A DNA stretch of 60,111 nucleotides, filler included, from Fonticula-like sp. SCN 57-25 (Eukaryota): NCBI GenBank assembly GCA_001724245.1. It is 10 parts of 10 records of this genome, joined end to end, with 100 filler letters (N's around TTAATTAATTAA, not from the genome) between each part and the next. Parts side by side here need not be neighbours in the genome. Positions count along the whole stretch, not along the records: positions 12,006 to 18,388 come from MEDX01000672.1; positions 18,489 to 23,809 come from MEDX01000673.1; positions 23,910 to 29,095 come from MEDX01000674.1; 7 more parts are not named here. One strand, written 5' to 3'. The translations under genes and the position numbers were made by a program. Shown here piece after piece: positions 12,006 to 25,202 of this stretch. The notes beneath the pieces are model-generated. The model saw only the letters and a list, made by a program, of their open reading frames with translations, had not been told where the DNA came from and made no database searches. How positions within the stretch are numbered: the stretch's first letter is position 1; each line of letters opens with the position of its first letter.

Positions 12006-12247
12006 AGGGATTCTTGCAGATCGCCGTGGTAAAAACGCGTCCCATCAAGGCTCATCATTTGGACCAGCTCATGGCGGCTCTTGGTGACGCATCGCCGACA
12101 GATTTCTATTTTGCCGTGCCTACATGCTTGTATGACACATTCCAGAAACAGCCGCTGCACACCGAGGACGGGAGCGAATACCAGGGCAACATTCCCGAGA
12201 ATGTTCGTCGCATTACTCAGTATGTTTTAAAGGTTGACTTGGCTTGA
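12006..12247 (+). CDS. C-terminal fragment of a Crinkler/RHS-type restriction-endonuclease-fold protein
   Basis: LQIAVVKTRPIKAHHL...FYFAVP..LYDTFQKQP...ITQYVLKV matches the CR-REase C-terminal pattern by eye. Confidence 0.6.
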
Positions 12248-12891
12248 AAGTGGCGTCATATTGGTTTGTACTTTGTTGTCGATATGCGCTCTTCGACGCA
12301 TTTTCCCCATACCAGTGCATGTTTAATGTATGACTCGGCCTGTATTCATAGTTCTACTACAGAAAGAAGAGAAAGAATTGATTGCGATAGCTTGCAATAC
12401 TACATATATACTTTGCCCGTGCCAAACACAAGGGCTGGATGTAAATATAGCAGATAGAACTCTGTAAGAGGAGGTACGAACACAGCAAGCCAGAGATGTA
12501 GAAAAGTGTGAGATAAAATGGAGAGGGCGAGAAGGCGATTTGGGACAAAAGCGGCCCATCGCGATTGTACAGCAGAGCAAGATTAAAGTATAGGAAAATA
12601 AAGAGAAATAATAGAGCAAGGCGAGCAAGATAAATAAAAGAAAGCAAAAGAAGGAACCAACGGCAGAGCAACCCACCCATCGTATGCACTCACATATAAA
12701 AATGTATTGATCGTATTCTTGGAGACGCGCCTGTTCAACTCTCTGGCAATAATAAACAGCCGCGCCGCCGCCAGCATCTACACATCATATGACCTTGACT
12801 CGAAACTAGAATATAATTTTTTCGGCGTGATCGTGATCGATACCCGCCGTTTCTTCATCATGTTTTCCTCGTGATCGTCATCATATCCGCT

Positions 12892-14792
12892 CTAAAAATC
12901 CCACTCTGCCGGAAGGTCTCCGCTCATTGACGCCATGAGCGGCGTGCACAGATCGAGCGAAAAACTCGCCGACCCCTGCAGGTCGAGCGGCAGCATCTGC
13001 GGCGACGTCGGGTAAAAGATGGGCGACGACACGAACGGCGCCGTCTGCTCAAACATCATCGATCGCCGCCCGCTCGACCCGCCCGACGTCCCATTCCGCG
13101 TGGCCGAACCGCTTCCGCTCCCGCCGCTGCCGTGCACGACGCTGTGGCCAGGGTAGCTGTGCCGGCGCGCAATCACAGACGAGTGGTGCGCGCTCGAAAA
13201 CATGCCGTCATCTTCGTCGTCTTCGTCAAAGCTGTCGTCTTCCGACTCTGAAAAGTAGGAAAGGCGGCGCGCCATGGCGAGCGAGGGCGCGTTCTGCTGC
13301 GCGCTGCGGCGGCCGCCATTGCCGACACCGACGCCGTCGTGCATCCCTTCAAGGGCGTCCATCGCGTCGCCAAAGGCAGAGGAAGAGGCGCCGCTGCCGG
13401 GGCGGCCGTCGGCGTCGCTCGAGTCGGCCAGCGACGCGTCGGCGCCGCTCAAGTCTTCGCGCGAAAGTGAACCGCCGCCAAGATGGCCGAGCGATGACGT
13501 CATGCCGTGGTGAGACGACGCGGCAGAGGCAGAGGCGGCATTCTCGGAAGAGGTGGAAGTGGCGGAAGCAGACGGCGGCGCGAGGCCAGCGGCGCCGGAA
13601 GCAGCGCCGGAAGCGGCGGCGGCGGCGGCGGCCGAAGTCGTCGGAGAAAGTCCCGATGACGTCGGCGAAGCGACCGTTGACGGCGCGGCGGACGCGACGG
13701 TCGAGCCGCCGTCGATCGAGTCTTTCCGCTTGTTCTTTTGGTGGTCGAATGTTTTCAAGTGGTAGCGGAGGCCGGCCATCGTCGTGTAGACCTTGTCACA
13801 GCCGTCCTGCGTGCAGGCAATGATGCGCTCCTCCTTCTTGCTAGGGGACTTTTCGGGGGTGTCCTTTCGTACAACGCCGTCGTCGGCGGACATGGTGCGC
13901 TGGCGCTTGAGGGGGGGGGCGCCGGTGGGGGGTTGGGAAGCGGCGACAGAGGCGGCGGGACCGGCAGAATTCTAGGAAAGAAGGGGTTAGTAAGGAAATT
14001 GGAAGAAAATGGGTACAAAACAAAGCATGAATGTACGAAAACACATCAAAAAACCAACATGAACCACAACCAAAAAATACAAAACCAACCCAAAATACAC
14101 CACAATACATCAATACACCAATACACCAATAAACCACTAATTCATACCTTGCGAATTCCAGGTTTGCTGGACGGCTTGTCAAAGATCTCAACGGGCCCAC
14201 TGTAGATCGAGTTGCGCCTCGCCTGCTGCTTGTTCTCGCAAGTACAGTCAATGTCGCACACCGGGCAAATATACGTCGCCTCTGCGTCGTGTAGGCTTGC
14301 AGGCGCGATCGTCGCGACGGAATACTCGCCGTTGATCATGCTCATGGGGTAGGACGCGGGCGAGTTTGCGTGAGAAGAGTGCAGGCTGGCGCTCCCCGAG
14401 TAGTCCTTGCTGTCTCCCGGATCGTCCGGCGAGAGATCCTCTTCCGTTGTCGACATTTGGCAGCACCGCGAGCACAAGTATGACGCCTCGGCAACGCCGC
14501 CGCTCGTGCCAGCGCACGCAGCGTGGCTCCACTCGACGCACCGCTCGCACACGACGACCGCCTCATCGGCGGCGCGGCCCACGCGGCACTGGCTGCATGC
14601 GGGATTCGACGCCTGCGCTAGAGTCGCCTTGCCGGAAGGGACCGAGGCAGTGCGCCGGAACGCGCCGGAAGCAGGCTTGGCCAGCGGCCGCGAGCCTTTT
14701 GAGGGAGATTGGCCCTGATGGAGCCACTGGTAGCCAGCAGCCGCACTGGCGCCCGAAACATCAGCGGATATCGTCCGCTTGATCGGGGCCAT
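12892..14792 (-). CDS. PHD-finger plus C2H2 zinc-finger protein
   Basis: PHD CSQC...CERCVEWSHAAC...YLCSRC; C2H2 CTQDGCDKVYTTMAGLRYHLKTFDH; intron 14147-13972. Confidence 0.8.
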
Positions 14793-15647
14793 CTAGCTGT
14801 ATATATCCGCGAAAAGTGCACACTGAAAAGCGGAAAGAGAATAAACGACGGTTAGGAAAGAGCCGCGGGATCAAGGGTGGGGGATGCGGCCATGGCGTAC
14901 CAAAAGCACTAGCCGACGCGTCACCAATGTGTAATACTCGTCGCAAGATCGCAGGCAAAAAAGACACGCTTTCTCCTCTGAAAAAAAAGGTGCAATGCGG
15001 AAAGAAAATATTTAAAACCGAAGCTACGGTAGCAGGCAGCCACGGGCCCACGCGGTGTGATCCGACAATGGGGTGACGGGGGTGAGATTGGTCAGATGCC
15101 ACACCTCACAGAGCGGGATCAAAGAAACCCAACGCCGCGCTAAACAACAATTGCGTAAATATAAATGCGTCGGTACAATGATATCTACGAAAATACACCG
15201 AAACCGTACCTCTATAAAATGGCGAAACTGGGCGAGCCGGTCTCGAGGCCGTCTGCAAACTGGGCGAACACACGAGGGTCGCGTAACAATCCCCCAAGCA
15301 GACACCCGAGCGCTGCGAAAAATTTTATATCGCCGCAAACGCTATTGCAGGCACACAAGACACAAAGTGCGCGTTCGGTTTCCGACGCACGAGCGCACCC
15401 GAGTATTCACGGGATCGCAGTCCGCTCCGGGAGGCACGCGTTTCCAACCAGTAGGCAATTTCGATGGGGGGTCCGATGCCACGCTACCCCGTCGCGAGGG
15501 GACGCGTAGGGGAGCGCAACGGGGGGCCCGTCGAGGCTACCCCCCGATCATCGCAAAGCCGCACTGGAGGTATGCCATTGGTTCACGCGTGTCAGCCAAT
15601 GACCAATCAGAAATCAGGGGACGCAACCGGACCATGCGTCACCGTTG

Positions 15648-15663
15648 AGTTTGCAGTTTGCGT
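15648..15663 (+). promoter_or_regulatory. Shared upstream motif AGTTTGCAGTTTGCGT
   Basis: Identical 16-mer at 48501-48516; both copies lie less than 70 nt before an ATG. Confidence 0.5.
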
Positions 15664-15713
15664 TACGGTAACGGTACGGTAACGATCAGGGCGTGCCAGG
15701 CAGGGGCATTCTG

Positions 15714-18388
15714 ATGATGGCGGGGGCTCGCGGAGAGGCACCGAAAGGTATGCATGGGCGGGAGGGCGCAGCTAGGGATCATTCCTTTTAATTCGGCTTT
15801 TATTGAATACATGCTAACTGATTGCGTTTGATATTCAGATGTGCTCTCGAAGCAGGTCAGTGTGCGCGAGCTAAAGAGCACACTGACGTCAACGGACTTG
15901 CATACCTCTACCTCATCGTCCACGAGTATCGATGTCGAGCTCGATGACATTCGCGGGATCGTAAAGAACCGCATGATGCAGCTCGGCGGCAAGCCTGCGT
16001 CGTCTGTACCGTCCTCCTCCTCTGACAAGCACGCGAATTCCAATCCCGTCGCAAAGCCGAATGGGCAGCCGGCGCCCAAGATGACGTCGGCCAGCGGGTC
16101 CGCATTGAAATCCAACGCGGATGCGCCCGCGGCGCCAAAGCCCTTTTCACAGAGCAAGCAGCCGTCCACCGTGCAAGACACGAAACCACTCCAAAAACCG
16201 TCTCAAGCGACGCCGATCGCCCCAGCAAAGACGGCCGCTCCGCAAGGCCCTCGCGCTTCGCCGCCAAAGCAGACTCAGGCGGCCCCGGCTCGCCCCGTGG
16301 TTCGCTCTGGCCCGTCGCAGGACGCACTTTCGCCCGTCGGCAGCACGCCGAGCGCCGAGGACACGCTCGGCGACGCGCTTCGCCGACTGCGGCACGTCTC
16401 AGGCGCGTCGCGGCCAACCGACCTTGTCGCGGCAGAGCGCGCGGCCGCCAACGCCTCCTCTTCCGAGCCGACACCAAGCACCACTTTAAACGCTGCGCCG
16501 CCAAGCACCGCCGCCAAGCAAGCAGCGTTCGCGGCCAAGCAGCCATCAAGCAACGCTGTCAAGCCGCAGCCACCGAGCAGCGCTATCAAGCCGCCGCTTT
16601 CGACAAGCACGCCTACCAAGCCTCAGATCGCGGTGGTGCCGAGCTCTCCTATCAAGCAGACTGCTCCAACTTCCCCTATTAGACAGACAGCATCAACTTC
16701 TGCCAAGTCGACGTCGCCAGTCAAGACTTTTTCGTCTCCTGCCAAGACTCCGTCGCCCGTCAAGACCCTTCCGACCCCGCCCGTCAAGCAGGCATCGGTC
16801 CCTCAGTCGCCCCGGCGCATGTCCGCCCCCGAAAAGGTCTCACCCGGAGACGTTTTCTCCACTTCTGCGCCAAAAAACAAGACGCCGACGTCTTCCCTTC
16901 CGCCGCCGACGGCCAGAAAGTCCTCTTCTCCCCTTCCGACGCCCCCCGTCAAGCCCGCAAATCTCACTCTGCCGCCCGACCCCACCGCGGCCGTCACCGT
17001 GAGCAGCGTGAGCGTTCGTCACGTGACCATCGACGCACCCGTCAAGCAGGCAAAGTCAACGACGGCGTCGCCAGAACCCGCCGCGGCGTCGCACCGCTCA
17101 CATCGCCGTGTTTCTTCGGCGACAACAGCCGAGCTTCTCGCCGCCAAGGCCGACGAACATGATCATCATGATCATCATGATGATGAACATGATGATGACG
17201 TTGATGGCCATGAGGAAGAAAGCGACAATGAAGCTGATGGCGCGCTTGATGACAGCGCCGCGCCCGCCCGCGCCGGTTTTGAGCGCCGTCGGCGGTACCG
17301 CGCGGCTTCCGTGAGTCACCATGGCGACGACGCGCCGACCGACGCGGCTCGCAGGAAGCGGTCGAACGAGACAAGTGCGACAATGGTCGAAGGAAGGCGG
17401 GCCAGAAATAAGAGCGCAGCGCCGCGATTGGTCGGCGGCAAGGAGATGCCGCGAATGGGAGGCCGCGTTCAGGGTGCGATCGGATTTTGATTGGTGCATT
17501 TTTGGCTAACGACTTTTCGCAGCGCTTGAGAGTGTCTCTAAAAAGGGGTCACGTGGGATTGATATTGTGGAAGGCAGCGTGTATATTGTAGAGGACGCGA
17601 GCTCGGATGATGTGCTGACTGTGCGCAATGCCGAGGGCGCAAGTGGAACTGTCCCGCGAGCGGCCGTCGCCGTCTTCCGTCAAGTGCGTTGGTTTTTGAT
17701 AGTGCCTATTGATGATGCCCAACTGTGCCTATTGATGCTTATTGACGATGCCTATTGATGATGCCTATGTGCCTATCCTTCCAATTGACTCTATATCTTT
17801 GACTATACTAACCTTTCCTTTATTTAGCCGACTCCCCTTCAGCCTATCACGCGCGGCGACACGCCATCCATTGAAGTGTCCGACAGCAGCGACAGCCCCT
17901 CTGGCTTCCTCATGGTCGTACGCTGACACACCCCTTTCCATATACGATATTCACCTTCCTTTTTAGACGATGCCCCGATCGCCTCGCGCGCGTCCCGTTT
18001 CGCCCTCGCCCGGCCAGCCGCGCAGCGTCACGCCCGTTATGATGCCGACCCCAATGGCCTCTGACGACATGCGCACATGGGGCAAGCTTGTCGGCGAAAC
18101 CGTCGCGGGCACAGTCAGCAAAGAAGAGCGTTCCCGCCAAGAGTCCATCTTTGAGCTGCTCGCCACGGAAGAGGATTTCGTGCATGACGCGACGATCGTT
18201 TTGCACGTTTTTTATTGGCCGCTCATGAAGGAAAAGTTGGTCGCGCGGGATGCGGTAAAGTCGGTGTTTTCGAATTGGGATCAGATTGTCGAGTTTGCGA
18301 CGGCGTTTCAGGGGGTGTTGAGGAAGGAGTATTCAAAGCAAAATAACAAGATTGATATGATTGGAGACGTGCTTTGTGCAAACGTGCG
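15714..18388 (+). CDS. Pro/Ser-rich protein with SH3-like and DH (RhoGEF) domains, 3' partial
   Basis: Long low-complexity exon; SH3-like VQALES...GTVPRAAV; DH start RQESIFELLATEEDFVHD...VFSNWDQI. Confidence 0.8.
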
Positions 18389-18488
18389 NNNNNNNNNNNN
18401 NNNNNNNNNNNNNNNNNNNNNNNNNNNNNNNNTTAATTAATTAANNNNNNNNNNNNNNNNNNNNNNNNNNNNNNNNNNNNNNNNNNNN

Positions 18489-20240
18489 GTGCACATAGTC
18501 ACGTGTGTCACTGGGTGCATCATATTGGATGATGTACTCTAGGTCGGGTAGGTCGAGGCCACGTGCTGCTACGTCAGTGCATAACAAAATAGAAGGGGTT
18601 GAAGAGGAAGAGAATTCGGAAAAGGTTTTGACGCGATCGGATTGAGGCATGTCGCCGTGAAGACGGAAAACGGAAATGTTGCCGAGAAGTGCGCTTGTTC
18701 CAGTATGGGAAAGTGTCATTTTCATGGCTGGTTTTTCCTTGGATTTGGAAAGTTTGTTTTGCTGTGCGCGCGCAAAGGCAGCGTCAGCGTCATATGAACC
18801 ATATTCGTCGTCGTCGTCGCTGTCGAGTGCGCCGCGGCCGCTCTTGTCTTGATCGGCCTGAAGCTCACGAAGCACTTGCTCGACCATTTCTGCTTCGCTG
18901 CTGCGCTTTTTTGGCGCGGAAAAATCGTTTTTTTCGTTCGATTTTTCGTTCAATTTTTCCTTTTCTTGAGCTTCGGCGGCGTCGGGCCATGTAAACAGCG
19001 CATGATGAAAATCGACCGAGTCGCACGTGGCGAAAAAGACTGCGCCTTTCGAGCCGCTTTTCTTGCCGCGAATGGCCGCGATGAGTGTCATGAGGCGCAG
19101 TTTTAGCGGGACGAGCGTGTATTGCTGCTTGAGCTGGCGGGGGGCGGCGACCTTTGTAGAGTTGTCGGCGGCGTCGTCGTCGGCGGAGGTGTCGGGGCGC
19201 AGCGCGCTCGTGCGGACAAGCGCGGGGTCACTTAAAAGTTGGGCGGCGACGCGCTGAACGTTGGCGCCGAGCGTGGCAGAGCACAAAATAATTTGCTGGC
19301 GGGCGGCGCTTGTGAGCTGCGCGTCGAGCGCGGACGGGCGGCGGTGGTCGCGAAGCAGCGCGGCGATCTCGAGCACGTCCTTTTCAAAGCCCATGTCGAG
19401 CAGGCGATCCGCTTCGTCGAGGACAAACCACGAGCAGGAAGAGTGCAGAAAGCTCTGCGTGTGCGCGAGGTGGTCCTTGAGGCGGCCGGGGGTGGCCACG
19501 AGGATGGTGACGCCTTTGCGGAGGCGCGCTTTCTCAGACTGGCGTTTTTCGCCGCCAGTGACGCATCCGGGGACGATCCAGACGGCGGCGCGGCAGAGCC
19601 ACTCGAGGACGGCGTAGGTTTGCGCGGCGAGCTCGCGCGTGGGGGAGAGGATGACGGCGAGCGTGCCGTGCGAGCGGTCGATGCGGGGGGTGAGGGCGGC
19701 GATGCGCTGGACGATCGGGAGGAGGAAGGCGAGCGTCTTGCCGCTGCCGGTTTCGGCTTGGAGAAGGGCATCGCGGCCGGAAAGTAGCACAGGGAGAGCT
19801 GAAAAAAGTGAATAAGAAAAAGCGCAAAAATAAAGGAAAATAGTGTAAAAATGCGTACCAGAGACCTGGATCTCGGTCGGGCTGGTCATCTTTTGTGCCT
19901 CGAGCGCGGCAACGAGTTTGGCATCGACATTGAGAGACGCAAACGATGCGCCGCCGACAGTCGCATTCGTCGCCTTTGAGGGGCGCACAGTGTTTTCGCC
20001 CTTTGCTGCGCGGGTGACTTCCGGGTTGTGCGTAAAGAGCGACGACACGAAAGGGCGATTCAGCGCCGCCGTCGGATCCTCCGTCCCAAGCAACATTGCA
20101 TCCTGCGAAATCTTTTTCATCGTTTTGCCATCAACGCGTGCGCGCTTTGCGGGCGTTTCCTGCTTGGCAACAGACGCAGCGGGCGCCTCAGCGGGGCGCT
20201 TCCGCGCAAAGTTTAATACCATGCCGCCATCGTCCTCCAT
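18489..20240 (-). CDS. DDX31: DEAD-box RNA helicase DDX31/Dbp7, 3' partial
   Basis: AETGSGKT, PTRELA, GGEKRQSEKARLRKG, DEAD, SAT, LHG, TDVAARGLD; 60-nt in-frame intron 19858-19799. Confidence 0.92.
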
Positions 20241-20521
20241 GCTGCTGCAGTCAGCACTCGCCACGCGATCTGACCACGTGGGCGTCAATATCGATTGCAT
20301 TCATTGCAGGATAGAAACTGGATAGAAACACCAAAAAGTATGATACTATGTATGAATACGTCTAATAATTGACATATTGTGACACTATTAAGGTCCAATT
20401 TCTATGGTAAAATTGTTCTTGGTATGCGTACAAACATCAATATATTGTCTCTTTATTCACTCTTCATATCAATCATCATCCATATGTTGTACATGTAACA
20501 TATCAGTACATCAGTAAATGT

Positions 20522-21907
20522 CTATATCAACCCCACTCCTCTCTTCAAGCTATTCGAATACAAATCAAACTCATCCGACTCTAGCGCCGACCTCTGCCTA
20601 TCATGCTGCATCGCCCTCGCCGCGAGCATCTTGCACGCCCTCGCCACCAGCACCTCCTTATCCGCCCTATTAATAGCATTCCTGAGCCGCTCCTCCATAT
20701 CTTTTAGCTGCGACTGAAGCGACCTCACGTACGCGTCGCCGTCGAGCAAGCTGTCTGACTTTCCGAGGTCGTTTATGGCGCGGATGAGCGCGTCACGTGC
20801 GGCGTCGACGTCGCCGCCGCCGGCGAGCTCGTGCGACTCGCTGAGCGAGACGGCCGCGCGCCGCCGGTTGAGCTGCCGGTCCACAAAGAGGTTGCGCTTG
20901 CGGCCGGGCGGCGGCCGCGCGACGCGCGCGACGACAATGTGCGTCGAGAGCGCGCACGTTTTTTTGCGCGCGAGGTTGTAGTACTGCAGCTCGAGCGCGA
21001 GGACGCGCTGCCGACCCGGCGCGTCGACGGCGGGCAGCGACACTGTGACGAGGACGTTGCGCGTTTCTTCGCAGTAAATGTCGCCGAGGCTGAGCTCGAC
21101 GGAGCGGCCGGGGAGGGAGCCGAGGCGGCTGTACGGCTTGTCGGGGACGCTCGTGAGGACAATGTCGTTGGAGGGCGCGCGAAAGACGAGCTTGAGGTCG
21201 CGCGCAAAGACGGTTTTGAGGCCGGCGAGGCACTCGGCAAAGGATTCTGGGATCGAGTCGGGCGTCTCGATGAAGCAGTAGAGGCCCTGGCCGTCGGTTG
21301 CTATTTGCTGGAGGAGCTCTTCGCTGTGGTCCGCGCCAAAGCCAAAGGAGAAAATAGAGTACGGGCCGTTCATGCGGGCGAGCTTGCGGCGAACGTCGTT
21401 GAGGATTGTGGGTGGGTGGCGCGGGCCAATGTTGGCCTGGCCGTCGGTGCAGAGGAGGATCGAGCAGGCGCTGTTGCGGCGGATGCGCGTCTCGGCAAGA
21501 TCGAGCGAGAGCATCAGGCCGCCGTGGAGGTTGGTCATGCCGCTCGAGGTGACGAGAGAGATTTTTTCAAGTGCCATTTCGCGGCTGGTGGAGATGAGGG
21601 AAAGGGGGAGGACGACCGTGCTTACGTGGTTGTAGGTGACAAGGGCGATCTGGTCGTCGGGCGACATGTGCTCGATGAGAAAGCAGATCGCTTCCTTGGT
21701 GAGGCTCAGCTTGTCGCCCGCCATGCTCGCGGACACGTCAATGCACACGATAACGTCGATAGGGTAGCGCTCCTTTTCGCCCACGTCGGCCTCTTGAGGC
21801 GCGCAGATGCACGCCGTCGCCGCAAATGTCTCCACGGCGCCGATGCCGACTTCATCGTACTCGGCGGCTCCAAGAAGCAGCAGCTCATTGCAGTATCGAC
21901 CGCCCAT
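20522..21907 (-). CDS. von Willebrand factor A domain protein
   Basis: MIDAS DVSASM, TDG, FGFGADH; intronless. Confidence 0.85.
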   Translation of the reverse strand: MGGRYCNELLLLGAAEYDEVGIGAVETFAATACICAPQEADVGEKERYPIDVIVCIDVSASMAGDKLSLTKEAICFLIEHMSPDDQIALVTYNHVSTVVLPLSLISTSREMALEKISLVTSSGMTNLHGGLMLSLDLAETRIRRNSACSILLCTDGQANIGPRHPPTILNDVRRKLARMNGPYSIFSFGFGADHSEELLQQIATDGQGLYCFIETPDSIPESFAECLAGLKTVFARDLKLVFRAPSNDIVLTSVPDKPYSRLGSLPGRSVELSLGDIYCEETRNVLVTVSLPAVDAPGRQRVLALELQYYNLARKKTCALSTHIVVARVARPPPGRKRNLFVDRQLNRRRAAVSLSESHELAGGGDVDAARDALIRAINDLGKSDSLLDGDAYVRSLQSQLKDMEERLRNAINRADKEVLVARACKMLAARAMQHDRQRSALESDEFDLYSNSLKRGVGLI

Positions 21908-22206
21908 TCTCGGTTAGCGAAAGAGGGCCCGCAGCATCAGCGAAGTAGTCATTCTCGGAGCAACGTCCGCCGCGGTTAAAACGCGTCGCATGATGCTTGC
22001 ACGCCGCACGCAACGATGACGCCAAACGATGACACACGAATCAGCAGAAATCAGACAGAATCAGCAGAATCAGAATGAATAAGGCCAAAATCAGCGAAAT
22101 CAGAAGGAATCAGCGCGACTGGTCCAAACAACAAGCACAGCGAAGTGAAACCGGGCAAACCCGCGCGTGGGCCGATTCCCCGCACGAATCGCGTTTTCCA
22201 CGGACC

Positions 22207-23809
22207 ATGACGCAGTACGCCACAGCGCTGTACAATTATGCGGCACGATATAACGACGAGCTTTCTCTATTTGAGAATGAGGTGCGCCATTTGTCTTTCT
22301 TTTTCGCTGTGCTGACAGCGTGCAGCGCGTGGAGGTTCTAGAACAAACTGCGGATTGGGACGGCTGGTGCAAGGCCATCCCGCTCGATCGCCAATGCGAC
22401 CCGGGAATAGTGCCGCGGAACTACCTGCAGTTTGACGGCGAGGCGGAGCCCGAGCCCGAGGCCTTTGACGAGTCTGCCTACTACTACGATCCCTTTGACG
22501 ACTATGACGAGTTTGATGCCGAGTTTGAGGCCGAGTTTGGCGAGGAGGGCGTCGTCTTCCAGCCTGTTCCCACTGGCATCTCTAACGAGGGCGAGGTCGG
22601 CGCCGCATCATCAGAAGAAGGAAAAGTACGAAAGGCAAAGAAGCCAAAGAAGCTCAAGCCCAAGGTCAAGGACCGGACGAATGTCGGCGATGCGACGGCC
22701 GTGACCCGTACGCGATCCCTTTGTTGACCATCATTGTCTAACATGCTTTTTTTTCAGCAACGCTCAAGGTGAAAAAGTCAAAGAAAAAGTCGTCGGTCGA
22801 TCTGCTTGCCGATTCGGGCGACACCAAGAAAAAGTCCCGGAAAGAGTCATCTGCTGATTCCGGCGACGCGTCGCCTCGCCCGCAGACACCCTCCTCTGAC
22901 GCGCCGCCCTCCAGCGAGCCCAAGGAAAAGGAGAAAAAAATGAAAAAATCGCGCGCGCTCTCTGTTGAAGACCTGACACTCGCCGATCCGTCGTCGATCC
23001 CCGCCAAGCCGCTGAAGTCGCGCAGCGCGAGCGTGACGATCTCGCGCAGCGCCTCCAGCGAAATCGCCGCCCTTTCCCTCTCGCAAGCCGCTGACGACAC
23101 CGCCGCCGCCGCCGAGCCCGTTGTCGGCTCGCCCGGCTCCTCTTCCTCTGGCACGTCGCTCACCTCGCGCTTCAAGTTCCGCACGCTGACACGGCGGCGC
23201 GGCACGGACGCCGCCGACGAGCGCGCCGAGTCGCCGTCGCCCGTGACGCCCGAAGGCTCAGCGTCGGAAGGCGCGCTTGACAAGCCGCCCAAGGCGTTCT
23301 TTGGCACGTGGGGCTCCAAAAAGAGCACGCCAAAGGGAAAGATTCCGACGTTTGACCAGCCGCCGCGGCCAATCACGGTCATGGTGCCGTCGGGCGTCGA
23401 CCCTTCCGCGTCGTCGCCCTCGTCGCTGTCCGTCGCAATGTCAAACAGCTCAGTGTCGACGATGGACGACGGCGCGTCGGCTGCCTCGTCGGCCGGCCCG
23501 TCGGCCTCTTCTTCAATTGTCATGTTTACGCCGACAAACATGCAGCCGCCCGTGGACCGCGCGTGGTACAACAAGATTGAGGACCCGCTAGAGCGTGAGA
23601 GCAGGCTGATGCGCATGACAAAGGCGCAAAAGAGCTTTCAGGCGGCGGCGCACGAGCTGCGCGATACAGAGCAGGACTATATTGACGACCTCGATGTGAT
23701 TCTCGTGTCGTTCAAGGCGCGCATGCGCGACCAAAAGATTATCAGGCAGGACAAGATTGATATCTTGTTTAGCAATATTGAGGATCTCAAGAGTGTGAGT
23801 CAGTGGTTC
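22207..23809 (+). CDS. SH3 plus DH (RhoGEF) protein, 3' partial
   Basis: ALYNYAARYNDELSL...GWC...GIVPRNYL; DH ELRDTEQDYIDDL...LFSNIEDL. Confidence 0.85.
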
Positions 23810-23909
23810 NNNNNNNNNNNNNNNNNNNNNNNNNNNNNNNNNNNNNNNNNNNNTTAATTAATTAANNNNNNNNNNNNNNNNNNNNNNNNNNNNNNNNNNN
23901 NNNNNNNNN

Positions 23910-25202
23910 CCATACTTGAAGTATACGCACGTGTGGGTCTTGTTGTTGTACCCTTGGTGGTGAATTGGTGCCAGGGTCGGCGAGGCGCGCCGGGACCGCG
24001 GAGATACCGGCACTTGATACGACATCATGCCAGTCGGCGAGCCCGGCATGCTGCGAGGCGACTCTGGGCTTATCATGATTGGCACATCCGAGAGCGACAA
24101 GGGCGACGGCGGGCCGTGGTACTGCAGTCCCATGTCGCTGCTGCTCGCCAGAACAAGCTGGGGCGCGAGGTACGGCGAGTTCACGTAGGAAGACGGAGGC
24201 GAGCCAGGGCTCGGCGGCTTGAATTGCATCGCAAACATCGGCACTGGAAAGACGCCGTTTGGGCCCATAACGTACTGCACGGGCACGGGAGTCATGAATT
24301 CGGGTGCGTACGCCTGCAGCAGAAGAGGAGCCTGAGAGCTGGCGCGCGGCCGGGGAGGGCGCGCCAGCATGACGACGAGAGTTGCTCCATTCTCTGGACG
24401 CTGCGTTCCATGGCACTCCTTCACAGCCGCAACTGCGTGCTCACGCTGTTCAAAATGGACAAAAGAAATGTCCGACCGCGTTCGCCGCACCGAGCTGATG
24501 GGGCCAAAGCGGGAGAATAGGCGATGCAGGGCCTCGTCGGGTTCGTCCGGTCCAACGCCGCGAACAAAAACGGATTTGACCGAAGCCATAACCTGGTCGT
24601 CCTCACATGGCCAGTCCACCTGCACCGCCTTTCCGTCAAACTTGACCGCGTTTCCTTTCAGCGTCTCGAAAGCAGCAAGGGCGCTCTCCGGGCTGCCGTA
24701 CTCGGCGAACGCGAATCCACGATTTCTTGTCGAATTGGCATGCTCGATAGAGACAACAACGTCCACCAAGTCCACAGTGATTTCCGAGAGAACCTCAAGA
24801 AGCTTCGCCTTGTTGATGTCCCGCTGAAGCGAGAAAAGAAAGATCCGCTGCTCGCCAAGCCCCGTTAGAATCGCCAAAAACACATCACCAAAGTTCCTCC
24901 GGAACCGATCTTGATATTATACAGACAACTACTATCATACCTTCTGACCCTGAGGCTGCGTCTCCATTGCTTGAACGATTCCGGCGGGCACCTCCGGCGG
25001 ATTTTACAACCTTCACAGCGAGGCTGCTCTTGTCGCCGCTGAAAATAAGCCCCAGTCGTAGCGACGGCTTCCTTTTTTGGATGATCCGACCATTGTTTTG
25101 TTTGTGATCGTCCCAAAAAGGAAAGTACTCATCGTTGTCCGAACTTGCCGCTGATCTTGCTGCAATATTTGCCTCATTATGTACCCGATAGCTCGGCAAC
25201 AA
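23910..25202 (-). CDS. Multi-RRM RNA-binding protein (hnRNP R/Q, RBM46/47-like), ends uncertain
   Basis: NRGFAFAEY RNP1, VDW...VMASVKSVFVR linker, second RRM ending MLARPP. Confidence 0.75.

Noticed and set aside
20831-21979. Long antisense ORFs (also 8370-9212, 30461-31363, 42337-43797, 44227-45282, 56475-57608)
   Set aside because: Shadow ORFs of GC-biased genes on the opposite strand, with no independent motifs
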